Assembly (NCBI RefSeq): GCF_031998825.1
Contig: NZ_DAMACX010000001.1
Location: 46,665 to 110,664 of the forward strand
Length of the DNA stretch: 64,000 nucleotides
Direction: 5' to 3'
DNA from: Pseudescherichia sp.
Lineage (GTDB): Bacteria; Pseudomonadota; Gammaproteobacteria; Enterobacterales; Enterobacteriaceae
In this document: positions 29,127 to 43,704 of the stretch, piece by piece
How the letters are laid out: every line of letters begins with the position of its first letter
Position numbering within the stretch: the first letter of the stretch is position 1
Program-made: the position numbers and the translations under genes
The notes under the pieces: model-generated
Seen by the model: the letters and a program-made list of their open reading frames with translations, nothing else
Databases searched by the model: none
Told to the model about the DNA's origin: nothing

Positions 29127-30434
29127 TCAGGCCGGAGTGACTGCATTACCTGACTCGCGCAGCGCGTCGGCCAGGTCCTGTGCCAGAACTTCTGACTGTT
29201 CGTCACTGAGTGAGCCTGGCGTCAGACGGATGGCGTGATGCGGCTCCGTAAGATAAAAACCTGCACCTGCGCGGACGAGCCAGCCGCGCGCTTCCATCAG
29301 TCTGACGAGCTCAGCAGGTTCATTGCGCAGCGGGAGCCAGACATTAAGCCCGTCATACTCACGGGCTGCATCCACGCCGCGTGCGTAAAGCGCCCCGAGC
29401 AGTACATTTCGCCGGTTCTGATAGAGCAGAGCCGCTTCGCTGACTTTTCGCGCCACGGCAGCGGATGACAGAGCCTCTTCCGTCATGTCCTGAAGTATAT
29501 GGCTCACCCAGTGAGTACCGGAGGCCATGCGGCGGCTCAGCCTTTCAGACGTATCAGGATTACAGGCGACCAGCGCCAGCCTCAGATCGGGCCCGTAAAA
29601 TTTAGAAACCGAACGCACAACGGCCCAGTTTCGCGTTTCACTGGAGATCACGTTGTAATAATCGTGCCCTGAGAGCAGCGAAAAATGGTCGTCCACGATA
29701 ACCATCACGTGCGGGAACCCGGCCAGCACCGCCCTGATTTCCGCCGCCCGCTCCGGACTCAGGCTACAGCCGGTTGGGTTATGCGCCCGGGGAGTGATAA
29801 TCACCACCTGCGCCCCCTCCACCAGGATGTCATGCAGTGGGCCGGGAAGCAGGCCGTACCGGTCAACCGGTACGCCGGCCGGCACGTATCCAAGGCTGCG
29901 GATAGCATTGATGCTGCTCAGAAAGCAGGGCTCCTCGACCGCAATTTTCTCACCTGCTGTCAGATAGCCGGTGACCAGCCGCTCGACTGCGTCGATCGCC
30001 CCGTGCGTCAGGCTGAGGCCAAACGTGCCGGGAACGTCGCGGCTGAACCACTCACGGCCCGCCCTCTCAAGGCCCGGATTGATAACACCCGCACCATAGC
30101 TGCGCGGCGTCAGGCTCACGGCCTGCAGCAGCGGCGCCAGATCAGGCAGCACTGACGGCTCCGGATTGCCACCGGACACGTCAGTCAGGACAGTCTGACA
30201 GGCAGGGCCTTCCTGTTCTGTTGCCTCTTCAGCCTGTGTGATGGTTGTGCCGTAGCGCCCGTTCGTGACCGCGATGCCGGCTGCAGCCAGCTTTTTATAC
30301 GCTGAGGCAACGGTGTTGCGATGTACTCCAAGCCGGACGGCCAGCTCCCTGACGGAAGGCAGCGCGTCGCCGGGCCTGAGTCTGCCTGTACGAACCTTCT
30401 TTCTGACGGATTCAAAAATTTCGGATGCAGTCAT
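29127..30434 (-). CDS. MocR-subfamily GntR regulator (wHTH + PLP aminotransferase-like domain)
   Basis: ORF 29127..30626. ATG 30434 gives MTASEIFESVRKKVRTGRLRPGDALPSVRELAVRLGVHRNTVASAYKKL..., followed by a fold-type I aminotransferase-like domain. Divergent from the DapA-like gene. Confidence 0.85.
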   Translation of the reverse strand: MTASEIFESVRKKVRTGRLRPGDALPSVRELAVRLGVHRNTVASAYKKLAAAGIAVTNGRYGTTITQAEEATEQEGPACQTVLTDVSGGNPEPSVLPDLAPLLQAVSLTPRSYGAGVINPGLERAGREWFSRDVPGTFGLSLTHGAIDAVERLVTGYLTAGEKIAVEEPCFLSSINAIRSLGYVPAGVPVDRYGLLPGPLHDILVEGAQVVIITPRAHNPTGCSLSPERAAEIRAVLAGFPHVMVIVDDHFSLLSGHDYYNVISSETRNWAVVRSVSKFYGPDLRLALVACNPDTSERLSRRMASGTHWVSHILQDMTEEALSSAAVARKVSEAALLYQNRRNVLLGALYARGVDAAREYDGLNVWLPLRNEPAELVRLMEARGWLVRAGAGFYLTEPHHAIRLTPGSLSDEQSEVLAQDLADALRESGNAVTPA

Positions 30435-30652
30435 TTTCTTTTTCCCGGTCTCAGCGGGCCTTAAGGTATGCGTATGTTCCGGTACAGACTTACTGTCATT
30501 CAGCTGCGTGGCCCGCTGAAACCCTATACCGGTTATAATGATAATGCCTGATGGCATTATACTTTTTTCTCTCAACATTGTCATGTGACAATGTTTTTTG
30601 CTGCTGCTATTATCGCCGGTATTCATTCATACCAACCCTGCAGGAGCACTCT

Positions 30653-31546
30653 ATGTTTACTGGCCTGAGCGCCTTTCCACTGACTCCCGTCACGCCCGCC
30701 GGCTTTGATGAGCGCGGCTACATCGATATTCTTGAGCGTATTACGTCAGCCGGTGCCGATTCCATCGGCGTTCTCGGCTCAACGGGAAGTTACGCCTACC
30801 TGACGCGCAGCCAGCGCAGCCGGATAGCCGGCATCGCAAAATCGCATGCGGGTAAAATTCCGGTAATGGTCTGCGTGGGATCGGTCAGCACTGATGAGGT
30901 GCTGCGACTGGCCGATGACGCACAGAAGGCCGGGGCTGACGCGCTGCTGCTGCCGCCGGTTTCGTATCAGACGCTCAGGGACGATGAGGTTTTCGGCCTG
31001 TTTGAGACGCTTACGCAGCACGCCTCGGTGCCTGTCTGCATCTATGATAACCCGGGCACGACGCGCTTTGAATTCTCTGACGATCTGCACGGTCGCATCG
31101 CCGGGCTGCCGGGTATCAGATCCGTAAAAATCCCCGGCGTTCCGCCTTCGCCGGAAGACGCCCTGGCGCGCGTGCAGCGCCTGAAGTCGAAGCTGCCTGA
31201 AGGGGTGACGGTCGGCATCAGCGGTGATGCCAGCGCCGCCACCGGCCTTAACGCCGGCTGCGAAGTGTGGTACTCCGTCTGTGGGGGCCTGTTTCCGCAT
31301 GTGGCAAAGGAAATTACCGACGCGGCGGCCCGGGGAGAGCGCGAATGCGTTGTGCAGCTCAGTGATCGTCTGCAGCCGCTCTGGAACCTGTTCCGCAGGC
31401 ACGGCGGTAGCATCCGCGTCATGGCGGCCGCGGCGGGCGTGCTCGGGCTGACGGACCCGGATTGTCTGCCGCGTCCTCTGCGCCCCCTGTCCGCTGATGA
31501 CATTGCAGATGTTGCTGCCGTCATCCACCGTCTTGAGCTGAGGTAA
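30653..31546 (+). CDS. Dihydrodipicolinate synthase/N-acetylneuraminate lyase family class I aldolase
   Basis: ORF 30551..31546. ATG 30653 lies after CAGGAG. MFTGLSAFPLTPVTPAGFDERGYIDILERITSAGADSIGVLGSTGSYAYLTRSQR... is the typical DapA-family N-terminus. Confidence 0.85.
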   Translation: MFTGLSAFPLTPVTPAGFDERGYIDILERITSAGADSIGVLGSTGSYAYLTRSQRSRIAGIAKSHAGKIPVMVCVGSVSTDEVLRLADDAQKAGADALLLPPVSYQTLRDDEVFGLFETLTQHASVPVCIYDNPGTTRFEFSDDLHGRIAGLPGIRSVKIPGVPPSPEDALARVQRLKSKLPEGVTVGISGDASAATGLNAGCEVWYSVCGGLFPHVAKEITDAAARGERECVVQLSDRLQPLWNLFRRHGGSIRVMAAAAGVLGLTDPDCLPRPLRPLSADDIADVAAVIHRLELR

Positions 31547-31551
31547 GTGGC

Positions 31552-32796
31552 ATGCCGGAGAAGACGCTGCCTGGTTACGCCCGGACTGAAGGCATGGACA
31601 GGTCAGGCCTGGCCCGGTATGTGCTGGCCGCCACGCTTGCCCGGCTGGCTGACGGAGGGGGGGTTCTGGCGGTGATCCTCCTGTGCGTTGCGGGCAGTCA
31701 CTCTGCCGCCTGGGCCGGCACGCTGGCCGCCTGCATCACGCTGCCGCACCTGGCCGGCCCCTTCATTGCCCGTCGTCTTGACACGTCGCATGACGGCCGG
31801 CGCGTCATTGCTGCAGCCTGTCTGATCCACACAGGACTTATCGTGACGGCTACGCTGACCTTTTCCCGTGTGCCGCTTCCCGTGACAGGTGTCCTGCTGG
31901 CCGGCGCAGGCCTCTGCGGCCCGCTGCTTACGGGCGGCATCAGCAGCCTCCTTCCGGCTATTGCCGGTCGATCGCGCCAGAGCCAGCGCCGGGCGCACGG
32001 CTGGGACGTGGCAACCTACGGGACGGGCGGCACGGTCGGGCCTTCGCTCGTTGCGGCACTTGCCGCCTGGTTTTCTCCTCCTGCAGCGCTGTATGCGTTG
32101 GCAGGAGCAACATTGATGGCCGTTTTTTTTATCATGCGCATCCCGTACGCTTCTGGCGACGCTGGAAGTGAAAACCGGCAGGTACCGGGATCGGTTGCGA
32201 CGATGATGCTGTTGGTCCGGAATGTGCGTCTGAGAAGAACGCTGTACCTGACGCTTGCCACAGCTTTTTGCGTGGCGGTGCTCCCGATCACGGCTGTCGG
32301 TCTGGCACCTTCGCTCGGCGTGGCAGCCACTACTGCCGCCAGCCTGACCATTGCCTACGGCGGTGGTAATCTTGCAGGCTCGGCATGCCTGATGGTCCGC
32401 CCGCTCGGCGGGGAGCCGGATGCACTGATGGTCCGCTTTGCCTGCTTTATTGCTGCCGGTGTCTTTCTTATCGTGTTCAGCATGCACTTCGCCGTCCTGC
32501 TACTGCTGTTTTTTATCATCGGCATGCTTAACGCCGGATTCTTTGCCGCTACCCTGGCCGCACGGAGCGAATATTCCCCCCCTGACTGCCGGGGGCAGGT
32601 GTTTGTCTGGGTTGGGGCGCTGAAAATTACGGCAGGGTCACTGGGTACGGCTGCGGCGGGCAGGCTGATGCTGATGGACATCACCCTGCCTCTGGCGGTC
32701 GGCAGTATTGTGCTTGCTATTTTTACAGGACTTGCGGTGACAGAGCTTACTCTGGCATCCCCTCAACCGGGGAACCGGGACAAACGGGACGGTTAG
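31552..32796 (+). CDS. MFS transporter
   Basis: 414 aa, about 12 hydrophobic segments, very GC-rich. 5 nt after the aldolase stop (operon). Confidence 0.8.
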   Translation: MPEKTLPGYARTEGMDRSGLARYVLAATLARLADGGGVLAVILLCVAGSHSAAWAGTLAACITLPHLAGPFIARRLDTSHDGRRVIAAACLIHTGLIVTATLTFSRVPLPVTGVLLAGAGLCGPLLTGGISSLLPAIAGRSRQSQRRAHGWDVATYGTGGTVGPSLVAALAAWFSPPAALYALAGATLMAVFFIMRIPYASGDAGSENRQVPGSVATMMLLVRNVRLRRTLYLTLATAFCVAVLPITAVGLAPSLGVAATTAASLTIAYGGGNLAGSACLMVRPLGGEPDALMVRFACFIAAGVFLIVFSMHFAVLLLLFFIIGMLNAGFFAATLAARSEYSPPDCRGQVFVWVGALKITAGSLGTAAAGRLMLMDITLPLAVGSIVLAIFTGLAVTELTLASPQPGNRDKRDG

Positions 32797-32943
32797 CAAT
32801 ATGGCTGAGATGCATAATGTCCGCTTTTCCAGCGTCGTTATCACATGAGTGCTTTGCGCGACATCGCTGCATGACCATGGCTGACGAGGAGCTGAACGTT
32901 TCCCGTAATACATGAAATATACTCTTAAAACTCTTCAGGAGAG

Positions 32944-33411
32944 ATGCCCGTGAACGATCAACATCTGACTTTCCGGAAAGACGGCTTCACCGTAACTACG
33001 GACCCTTCACTTTTCCAGACTGGCGCCATACATGATTTTCTTTCGCAGTCATCATGGGCACCCGGAATTGATGAAGAAACGGTGCGGTTATCAGTCCAGA
33101 ACAGTCTGTGCTTTGCGCTGCTGAACGATTCAGAGCAAATCGGATTTGCCCGTCTGGTGACCGACTATGCCACGTTTGGCTATCTCTGTGATGTGTATGT
33201 TCTTGACGAATATCAGAAAACAGGGCTGGGGCGCTGGTTGATGGAGTGCTGCCATGCCCACCCGCTGATGGCACGTTTACGCCGGATAATGCTGGTTACA
33301 GACAGCGCGCCCTGGTTATATCAGAAACTGGGCTATTCGCCGGTGAACCGGCCTGATTTTGTCTGGCAGATTAATCGCCCGGATATGTATCTCAAAAAGG
33401 ATCCTCACTAA
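32944..33411 (+). CDS. GNAT-family N-acetyltransferase
   Basis: 155 aa, ...IGFARLVTDYATFGYLCDVYVLDEYQKTGLGRWLME... (acetyl-CoA binding Q/RxxGxG/A-like motif). Confidence 0.8.
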   Translation: MPVNDQHLTFRKDGFTVTTDPSLFQTGAIHDFLSQSSWAPGIDEETVRLSVQNSLCFALLNDSEQIGFARLVTDYATFGYLCDVYVLDEYQKTGLGRWLMECCHAHPLMARLRRIMLVTDSAPWLYQKLGYSPVNRPDFVWQINRPDMYLKKDPH

Positions 33412-33432
33412 CAGCTCCTTACAGGCCGGGCG

Positions 33433-34830
33433 CTATAAAACGCTTTGCAGCCTGACAAGAACGGCTTCCAGCTCCTGAATATCACCGTGAGCAAATCCCA
33501 GAATAAGATAATCCGGCCGAATCTCTGTGCGGAAAAGATAATGCCGGGGGTCTGCAGCCTGGATGTTATTCGTACGCAACCAGTCTGCTATTCGTGCTGC
33601 TTTTGCTGGATCAGGAAAACGAAGATGAAGCTGCAGACCCCCGGATGGCACGGTAAAACAGGCGTCAGGCAGGTATTTGGTCACTAACCTGATGACGCAG
33701 TCCCGTTTATGGCGATACACCGTGCGCATACGCCGGCTATGGCGCTCGTAAGTCCCGTTTTTGATAAGCTCAGTGACCCATTGCTGTAATAAGCCGCTTG
33801 TTCCACGTGACAGCTCCCAGTGAAGGGTGGCCATCTGTTTTATAAGCGGCTCATCAGCGACCAGGTATCCAAGTCTGACCGTATTAAACAGCACTTTTGA
33901 AAATGTGCCCATATAGACAACATGCTGCCCGGCAGCTGAGGAACGTAAAGCCGGACGGGGGGCCCGGTCAAAATAAAATTCACTGTCATAATCATCTTCC
34001 AGAAGTAATACATTCCTGCTGCACGCCAGCCGGATAATGTCACTTCGTCTGTTGTCAGAGAGAGTGATGCACTGAGGGAAATGGTGCTCCGGCATCAGAT
34101 AAAGGATATCCCGGGAAGATCCCTGAAAATCGGATATATCAATCCCTTCGTCATCCATCAGATGCGATTTCAGGCTATAGCCAAAACGCGAAAAGGTACG
34201 TGCAAACTCCATATAGCCAGGTTCGCCAAAATGGAAGCAGGAGCGTTCCTGCTGTTTTACCATCGCAAGCAGCAGGCTTCCGTATTGTGAGCCGGGAACG
34301 ACCAGCACTTCTGTGGGAGAGGCAGATATTCCGCGTGAAGGGAGTATTTTATCGCAGATAAGCTGGCGCAGTTCCCGGTGACCCGCGCTCTCACTAAACT
34401 GATTCAGCCTGGCAGGGTAACGCAGCACACGACTGAAGGCCTGTCGAAATTCACTGACAGGCAAATGCGCTGTGCTGGCATGGCTGGGAAGTAATGAAAG
34501 ACTGCCTGGCAAAAATGTTTCTGTCACAGCGCCGACAGGCGTGGGCAGTTTCTCACTGCGCTCCTGGAGCACATGCTCTGATCCGGTGCGAAAGGCAACC
34601 ATCGTCCCTTTCCCGGTACGGCTGTGACAGTACCCTGCAGAACATAACAATTCATATGCGCGGACAACGCTTCCCCTGGACACGCCCAGCTGGCGTGCCA
34701 GTTCCCTGGAAGGCGGCAGATGTTCTCCGTAACGCAGCTGACCCCGGATAATTTGCCCGCTGATCTGCTGCTCGATTTGATGGTAAATGGGCAGGGCCGA
34801 AGCACCACGGCTCAGATGCAGTTCGATCAT
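33433..34830 (-). CDS. MocR-subfamily GntR regulator (PdxR-like architecture)
   Basis: ORF 33433..34848 begins with TTG. ATG 34830 gives MIELHLSRGASALPIYHQIEQQISGQIIRGQLRYGEHLPPSRELARQLGVSRGSVVRAYELL... plus an aminotransferase-like domain. Confidence 0.85.
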   Translation of the reverse strand: MIELHLSRGASALPIYHQIEQQISGQIIRGQLRYGEHLPPSRELARQLGVSRGSVVRAYELLCSAGYCHSRTGKGTMVAFRTGSEHVLQERSEKLPTPVGAVTETFLPGSLSLLPSHASTAHLPVSEFRQAFSRVLRYPARLNQFSESAGHRELRQLICDKILPSRGISASPTEVLVVPGSQYGSLLLAMVKQQERSCFHFGEPGYMEFARTFSRFGYSLKSHLMDDEGIDISDFQGSSRDILYLMPEHHFPQCITLSDNRRSDIIRLACSRNVLLLEDDYDSEFYFDRAPRPALRSSAAGQHVVYMGTFSKVLFNTVRLGYLVADEPLIKQMATLHWELSRGTSGLLQQWVTELIKNGTYERHSRRMRTVYRHKRDCVIRLVTKYLPDACFTVPSGGLQLHLRFPDPAKAARIADWLRTNNIQAADPRHYLFRTEIRPDYLILGFAHGDIQELEAVLVRLQSVL

Positions 34831-34900
34831 AAAATACCTGTGGTCCAATTATTTAACAAAATTGGACCTTTTAAAGAGAAGGGGACAGGACCAATATACA

Positions 34901-35932
34901 TTGCAGGGTACCACTCATCTTTCTGCGGGCACAGCAATATGGCCCCGTATCATTCAGGCGAAACTGTCAGTGTTTAAACATCTTCCTTCCTTCACTTTTG
35001 ATTTGTATTCAGCTGTTATGGGCATGACGGGCCTGGGGCTTATATGGCGGGCTGCTGCCGGAACCTATGCGCTACCGGCATGGCCGGGTGAAACGTCTCT
35101 TGCGCTGGCGATGGCTGTGTTTATGGTGCTGACGATCACGCAAATTGTGCGCCTGCTTATTTGCCGGGAGGCGGTCCTGGCGGAATGGCGTTCACGCGCC
35201 GGTAAAAATTTCTTTTGTGCCGCAACCATCTCCGGCTTTTTACTGGCAACGGGGTTGCTCCCTTACAGTATTACACTGGCAAGACTGCTTTGGGTGACAG
35301 CAGTATGCGCCCAGCTCCTCTTTCTTTTATCAACCTTTCGCCGGTGGGTTATTGATCCGCTGGAGGCGCATGAGATTAACCCGGCCTGGCTTATCCCGAT
35401 GGTTGGCAACGCTTCACCTGCCTTTGCCGGTGTTGAACTGGGTTATCCTGGCTTAAGTAAAATGTTGTTATTTTCTGCCATCCTTTGCTGGGCATTATTT
35501 ATGCCGTTAATACTCTGGCGCATTGTGTTCGTCCGGCCTGCAACTCCACAAAAAGCCATGCCGGGGCTGGCCATTATGGTGTCTGCACCTGCGGTGATTG
35601 CCGTTGGTCTGTACTGTATCTATAGCGGGGTGAATGAGGCGGTTGAATTTATGGCCTGGACTGCGCTGTTTTTTGCTCTCATCCTTTTAAGCCTCTGGCG
35701 AAGAATGTTGCCAGAAGCTTTCAGCCGGGCATGGTGGGGATTTACGTTTCCGTCAACAGCCCTGGCTTCAGCACTGATCCGTATCGACGGAGCCGCAACC
35801 ACTCCTCTGAACCATAGCCTTGCTCTGGCAGCGTTGACATTCGCCACCTGCATAGTACTTTTAGTGATCGGCCTTACCCTTAAACAGTGGATCAGAGCTA
35901 ACAGGTGGAAAAAATATGCCAAACCGGTCTGA
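34901..35932 (+). CDS. TDT-family (TehA/SLAC1-like) anion/dicarboxylate transporter; start uncertain
   Basis: ORF 34787..35932. Hydrophobic core starts ...KHLPSFTFDLYSAVMGMTGLGLIWRAA. The annotated ATG 34787 overlaps the divergent MocR gene. In-frame TTG 34901 (AGGA 10 nt upstream) is the nearest plausible start. No in-frame ATG before the first TM. Confidence 0.7.
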   Translation: MQGTTHLSAGTAIWPRIIQAKLSVFKHLPSFTFDLYSAVMGMTGLGLIWRAAAGTYALPAWPGETSLALAMAVFMVLTITQIVRLLICREAVLAEWRSRAGKNFFCAATISGFLLATGLLPYSITLARLLWVTAVCAQLLFLLSTFRRWVIDPLEAHEINPAWLIPMVGNASPAFAGVELGYPGLSKMLLFSAILCWALFMPLILWRIVFVRPATPQKAMPGLAIMVSAPAVIAVGLYCIYSGVNEAVEFMAWTALFFALILLSLWRRMLPEAFSRAWWGFTFPSTALASALIRIDGAATTPLNHSLALAALTFATCIVLLVIGLTLKQWIRANRWKKYAKPV

Positions 35933-36662
35933 CAGCGTCTTCTACAGCCCGCTCTATGTCAGGGTTTCGGAATACCTTTTTCATGCCGGGAAACGCACGG
36001 TATTCACGGCAATAGCCCAGGCTGTCATCGATAAAATTGAAGAATTTCCTCATGTGAACATTGAAGAACTGGCGTCACACTGTAATACAACGCCATCGAG
36101 TATTACAAAATTTGTCAGAGAAATAGGCTATGGCTCATTCCAGGAATTGAAAAATGATACTATGCCCTACAGACTGACGCATCAGGGGATCAAGGGACTT
36201 TCTGAAAAAGATATTCTACAGGAAATCTATAACTATATTCCTTATGATGAATGCCTGAAGATGGCAAAGGTTATCAATGCCAGTGGTTCCGTAATCATTC
36301 TGACAAACTCCTTCCTGTTTAATATTGCAAATGTCATGCGGGAAAGCATCAGTGGCAGCAACCGGAGAGTTTATCTGGTTGAGCGATCTAATGATGAGCT
36401 TATCCGTCACCTGTTTAAAAAGATAGACTGTGTATTTATTATGACCCTTACCGGGCAATGGATTAACTCTTGTCAGTATATTAACTCCATCTCACCCGAT
36501 ACCCGCATATGCCTTATTTCCGGACGTGTGCCGGCTGTTTTTGAAAAACGAGAAATCAATGCCATTGAGCTTAATCATTATCCTCAAATGCTCTATGCAA
36601 ACTATTTTTCTCATAAGTATCTTGAAAGCATAGTTTTTAATATGGTTCAAAATGTGATCTAG
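35916..36662 (+). CDS. RpiR/MurR-family transcriptional regulator (HTH_6 + SIS-like)
   Basis: 248 aa, ...IDKIEEFPHVNIEELASHCNTTPSSITKFVREIGYGSFQELK... AT-rich. Overlaps the TDT gene 3' end by 17 nt. Confidence 0.7.
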   Translation: MPNRSDSVFYSPLYVRVSEYLFHAGKRTVFTAIAQAVIDKIEEFPHVNIEELASHCNTTPSSITKFVREIGYGSFQELKNDTMPYRLTHQGIKGLSEKDILQEIYNYIPYDECLKMAKVINASGSVIILTNSFLFNIANVMRESISGSNRRVYLVERSNDELIRHLFKKIDCVFIMTLTGQWINSCQYINSISPDTRICLISGRVPAVFEKREINAIELNHYPQMLYANYFSHKYLESIVFNMVQNVI

Positions 36663-36763
36663 TTCACAATGTCATTTTCCAAAAAAAGAAAATGATAAAC
36701 TTTGCTTTGCTGGCACACTCCTTATATTTTGTTCTTATACCCTATGACAAGAGAGTCACTGAT

Positions 36764-39558
<2,795 letters not shown>

Positions 39559-39773
39559 ACTTCGACCGGGTTACGTTCTGGTGGCATGGATCGCTGGTAT
39601 GTGGCCCGGTTTCTGGCTGAGAAAACTTTCTACTCCGTGGGCAAGAAAAGTACAGATTGTGCCCCGGTGTATGCTGATCATCCCAGCGGTCAGAACTGCA
39701 ATTACCTGCACTGTAGTCTAATGGCAGCCAGAAAGATGTAACGGTGTGCAACCTGTTAATGTCTGTCGCATTA

Positions 39774-40670
39774 TCAACCGGCACAATTATGAAGGCAGAT
39801 ATCTTTGAGCATTTTCAGGAACCAGAGCTTTTCCTTGCCGCTGCGCAGTGTGTTTTGACTGTACAGGCACACTTCTATTCTGGGGAAATCTATCGGAAGC
39901 GGGAGCGCAGTGACGGCAAAATATCGGCCCCGTTGCATGCTGTAGGTCTCCGGAACGACGCTGATACAGTCCGATGACTCAACCAGAGGCGCCACAATAT
40001 TCAGATCCGGGACGGTGAGCGCCGTGATTAATTTCCTGTCTGTGCCGGCATACCATTCCTGATAGAAATTATGCCCTGCCTGAGATGATGCCACGATGTG
40101 CTTCTCTTCCAGGAACTGCGTCAGCGTGATGACGTCACTCACACGTGTATGAGCGTTGCCTTTCAGGCAGACATACCTGTCCCTGAGCAGGATATCGCAG
40201 TGGACATCATGCACGGCATACGTCCTGTTACAGATAGCAGCATCAACAAATCCTTTATCAAGCCATTCCTGCAGTTTCGCTATTTCAAGCGGCAGGATTT
40301 CTATCTCCACTCCAGGTGCGACTCTGGTGATTTCCCGGAAAATCAGCGGCAAATAATAATGCTCACCCAGGTCGGACATCGCGATCACGAACTTGTGTCG
40401 CGAGGTGCGGTGATCGAAGGACTTTCGGGAGGAGACAACCGCATCTATTTCGCCCACCGCTTTACTGAACGTGCGGTATATCTCGACAGCTTGCCGTGTT
40501 GGTTTCATGCCGGTATTCTGACGGATAAATAACTCATCGTTCAGCTCATCACGCATTTTTTTCAGGGCATAACTTACTGATGGCTGAGTAATATTCAGAA
40601 GATCAGCTGCTCCGGAAACGCTCTCCTGTTCATAGATCGCCACGAAGACTTTAACCAGATTCATGTCCAT
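39774..40670 (-). CDS. LysR-family transcriptional regulator
   Basis: 298 aa, MDMNLVKVFVAIYEQESVSGAADLLNITQPSVSYALKKMRDEL... Divergent from the ThDP decarboxylase gene. Confidence 0.9.
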   Translation of the reverse strand: MDMNLVKVFVAIYEQESVSGAADLLNITQPSVSYALKKMRDELNDELFIRQNTGMKPTRQAVEIYRTFSKAVGEIDAVVSSRKSFDHRTSRHKFVIAMSDLGEHYYLPLIFREITRVAPGVEIEILPLEIAKLQEWLDKGFVDAAICNRTYAVHDVHCDILLRDRYVCLKGNAHTRVSDVITLTQFLEEKHIVASSQAGHNFYQEWYAGTDRKLITALTVPDLNIVAPLVESSDCISVVPETYSMQRGRYFAVTALPLPIDFPRIEVCLYSQNTLRSGKEKLWFLKMLKDICLHNCAG

Positions 40671-40696
40671 ATAGAAATTCTCTATATTGATATTAA

Positions 40697-42364
<1,668 letters not shown>

Positions 42365-42453
42365 TCTGCGCAACAAACAGAGGGGAGAATAATCTTCCCT
42401 CGTGAATTCTGCTGTATCGGAGCCTGTGCTCTAATGTAATCTAAGGTGTGAAT

Positions 42454-43233
42454 ATGTCCCTTTCCGCAATTCAGTCCATCATTAAAAACCTGAAATCAAC
42501 CGACATCCATATAGTGGATTTAACCCATCAGTTAAACACGTCCTTCCCCACACTCACCTTACCGGCCGAATATGGTCAGACATGGGCATTCACAAAAGAG
42601 AACATCTCCAGCTATGACGAAAAGGGACCAGCCTGGTACTGGAATAACTTTTCCTGCGGTGAACACACCGGTACTCATTTTGATGCACCGGCGCACTGGA
42701 TCAGCGGTCGCGATCGGGAAAACAATACGGTAGACACCATCGAGGTGAGCAATTTTATCGGCGAGGCCGTGGTTATTGATGCTGTGGAGGAAGTACGTCT
42801 GGACAGCAACTGGGTGCTGACAAAAGAGTATCTTCAGAGCTGGGAGGCAGAGCATGGCCAGATCCCTGATAATGCCTGGGTCCTGTTTCGCAGTGGCTGG
42901 TCCGAGCGTATCAACGACCCTGAAAAATTCGCAAATCTGATTGACGGGAAGCCTCATACTCCAGGGCCGGATCAGGCATGTGTGCAGTGGATGATTGAAG
43001 AAAGAAACGTCCGTGGATTTGGTGTTGAAACGATCAATATTGATGCGGGTCTGTCCTATGACTGGCCAGTTGCCTATCCCTGCCACAATCTGATGCTGGG
43101 GTCTGGTCGCTTTGGCCTCCAGTGTCTGAATAATCTGGCAGACCTGCCTGCCAGAGACATTCTGATCGTCGCAGCCCCACTGAAAATAGAAGACGGCTCC
43201 GGCAGCCCGCTACGTGTCCTCGCTATCTACTGA
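42454..43233 (+). CDS. Cyclase-family protein (kynurenine formamidase-like metal hydrolase)
   Basis: ORF 42448..43233. ATG 42454. Contains ...FSCGEHTGTHFDAPAHWISG..., the HxGTHxDxPxH motif of the putative-cyclase family. Confidence 0.8.
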   Translation: MSLSAIQSIIKNLKSTDIHIVDLTHQLNTSFPTLTLPAEYGQTWAFTKENISSYDEKGPAWYWNNFSCGEHTGTHFDAPAHWISGRDRENNTVDTIEVSNFIGEAVVIDAVEEVRLDSNWVLTKEYLQSWEAEHGQIPDNAWVLFRSGWSERINDPEKFANLIDGKPHTPGPDQACVQWMIEERNVRGFGVETINIDAGLSYDWPVAYPCHNLMLGSGRFGLQCLNNLADLPARDILIVAAPLKIEDGSGSPLRVLAIY

Positions 43234-43261
43234 AAAAAACCGCCAGATGGCGGTTTTTTTA
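43234..43261. terminator. Bidirectional intrinsic terminator
   Basis: aaaaaaaccgcc-agat-ggcggttttttt. Confidence 0.75.
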
Positions 43262-43704
43262 ATTCAGCAGAAAAATGAGTATCAGACAGGTCAGTAAGGG
43301 GGCAATAATGGGTTTGTATTCCCTGTTAAAACCAAGGATCACAATAGCTCCGGACTTAACACCCAGCGCAAAAGCATATCCTGCCTGAATCCAGAACAAT
43401 ATAATGGATGTGGGATTATCTCCGCAGTCATCATCAGTGCAATGCCCGGCCGTAACAGCAACCTTATGGGACGGAAGTATTTTAGTTCAGGTCCTGTGAA
43501 CTCTGTGCGAAGTAGTCTGCGTAGGTTACGCTTACGAGATAACACTTTACACGCGGGTGCCACTCTCTCAATACCCCCTGTTAATTACTTTGAAAAAATT
43601 AGCTAAGCCCGCAGGATCATTCCTGATGGGCTTAAATTTATTATGGCCTTTTTATGATATAGCCGATTCATTAAATTCCATACGGGCTCGAATTACAGCG
43701 CCCA

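Noticed and set aside
43262-43600. ORF 43339..43563 (-). An alternative minus-strand frame ends ...IILFWIQAGYAFALGVKSGAIVILGFNREYKPIIAPLLTCLILIFLLN* and looks like the tail of a membrane protein.
   Set aside because: The listed ORF is Arg/Leu-rich without motifs. The hydrophobic tail has no upstream start or N-terminal continuation. It is probably a gene remnant and is not annotatable.
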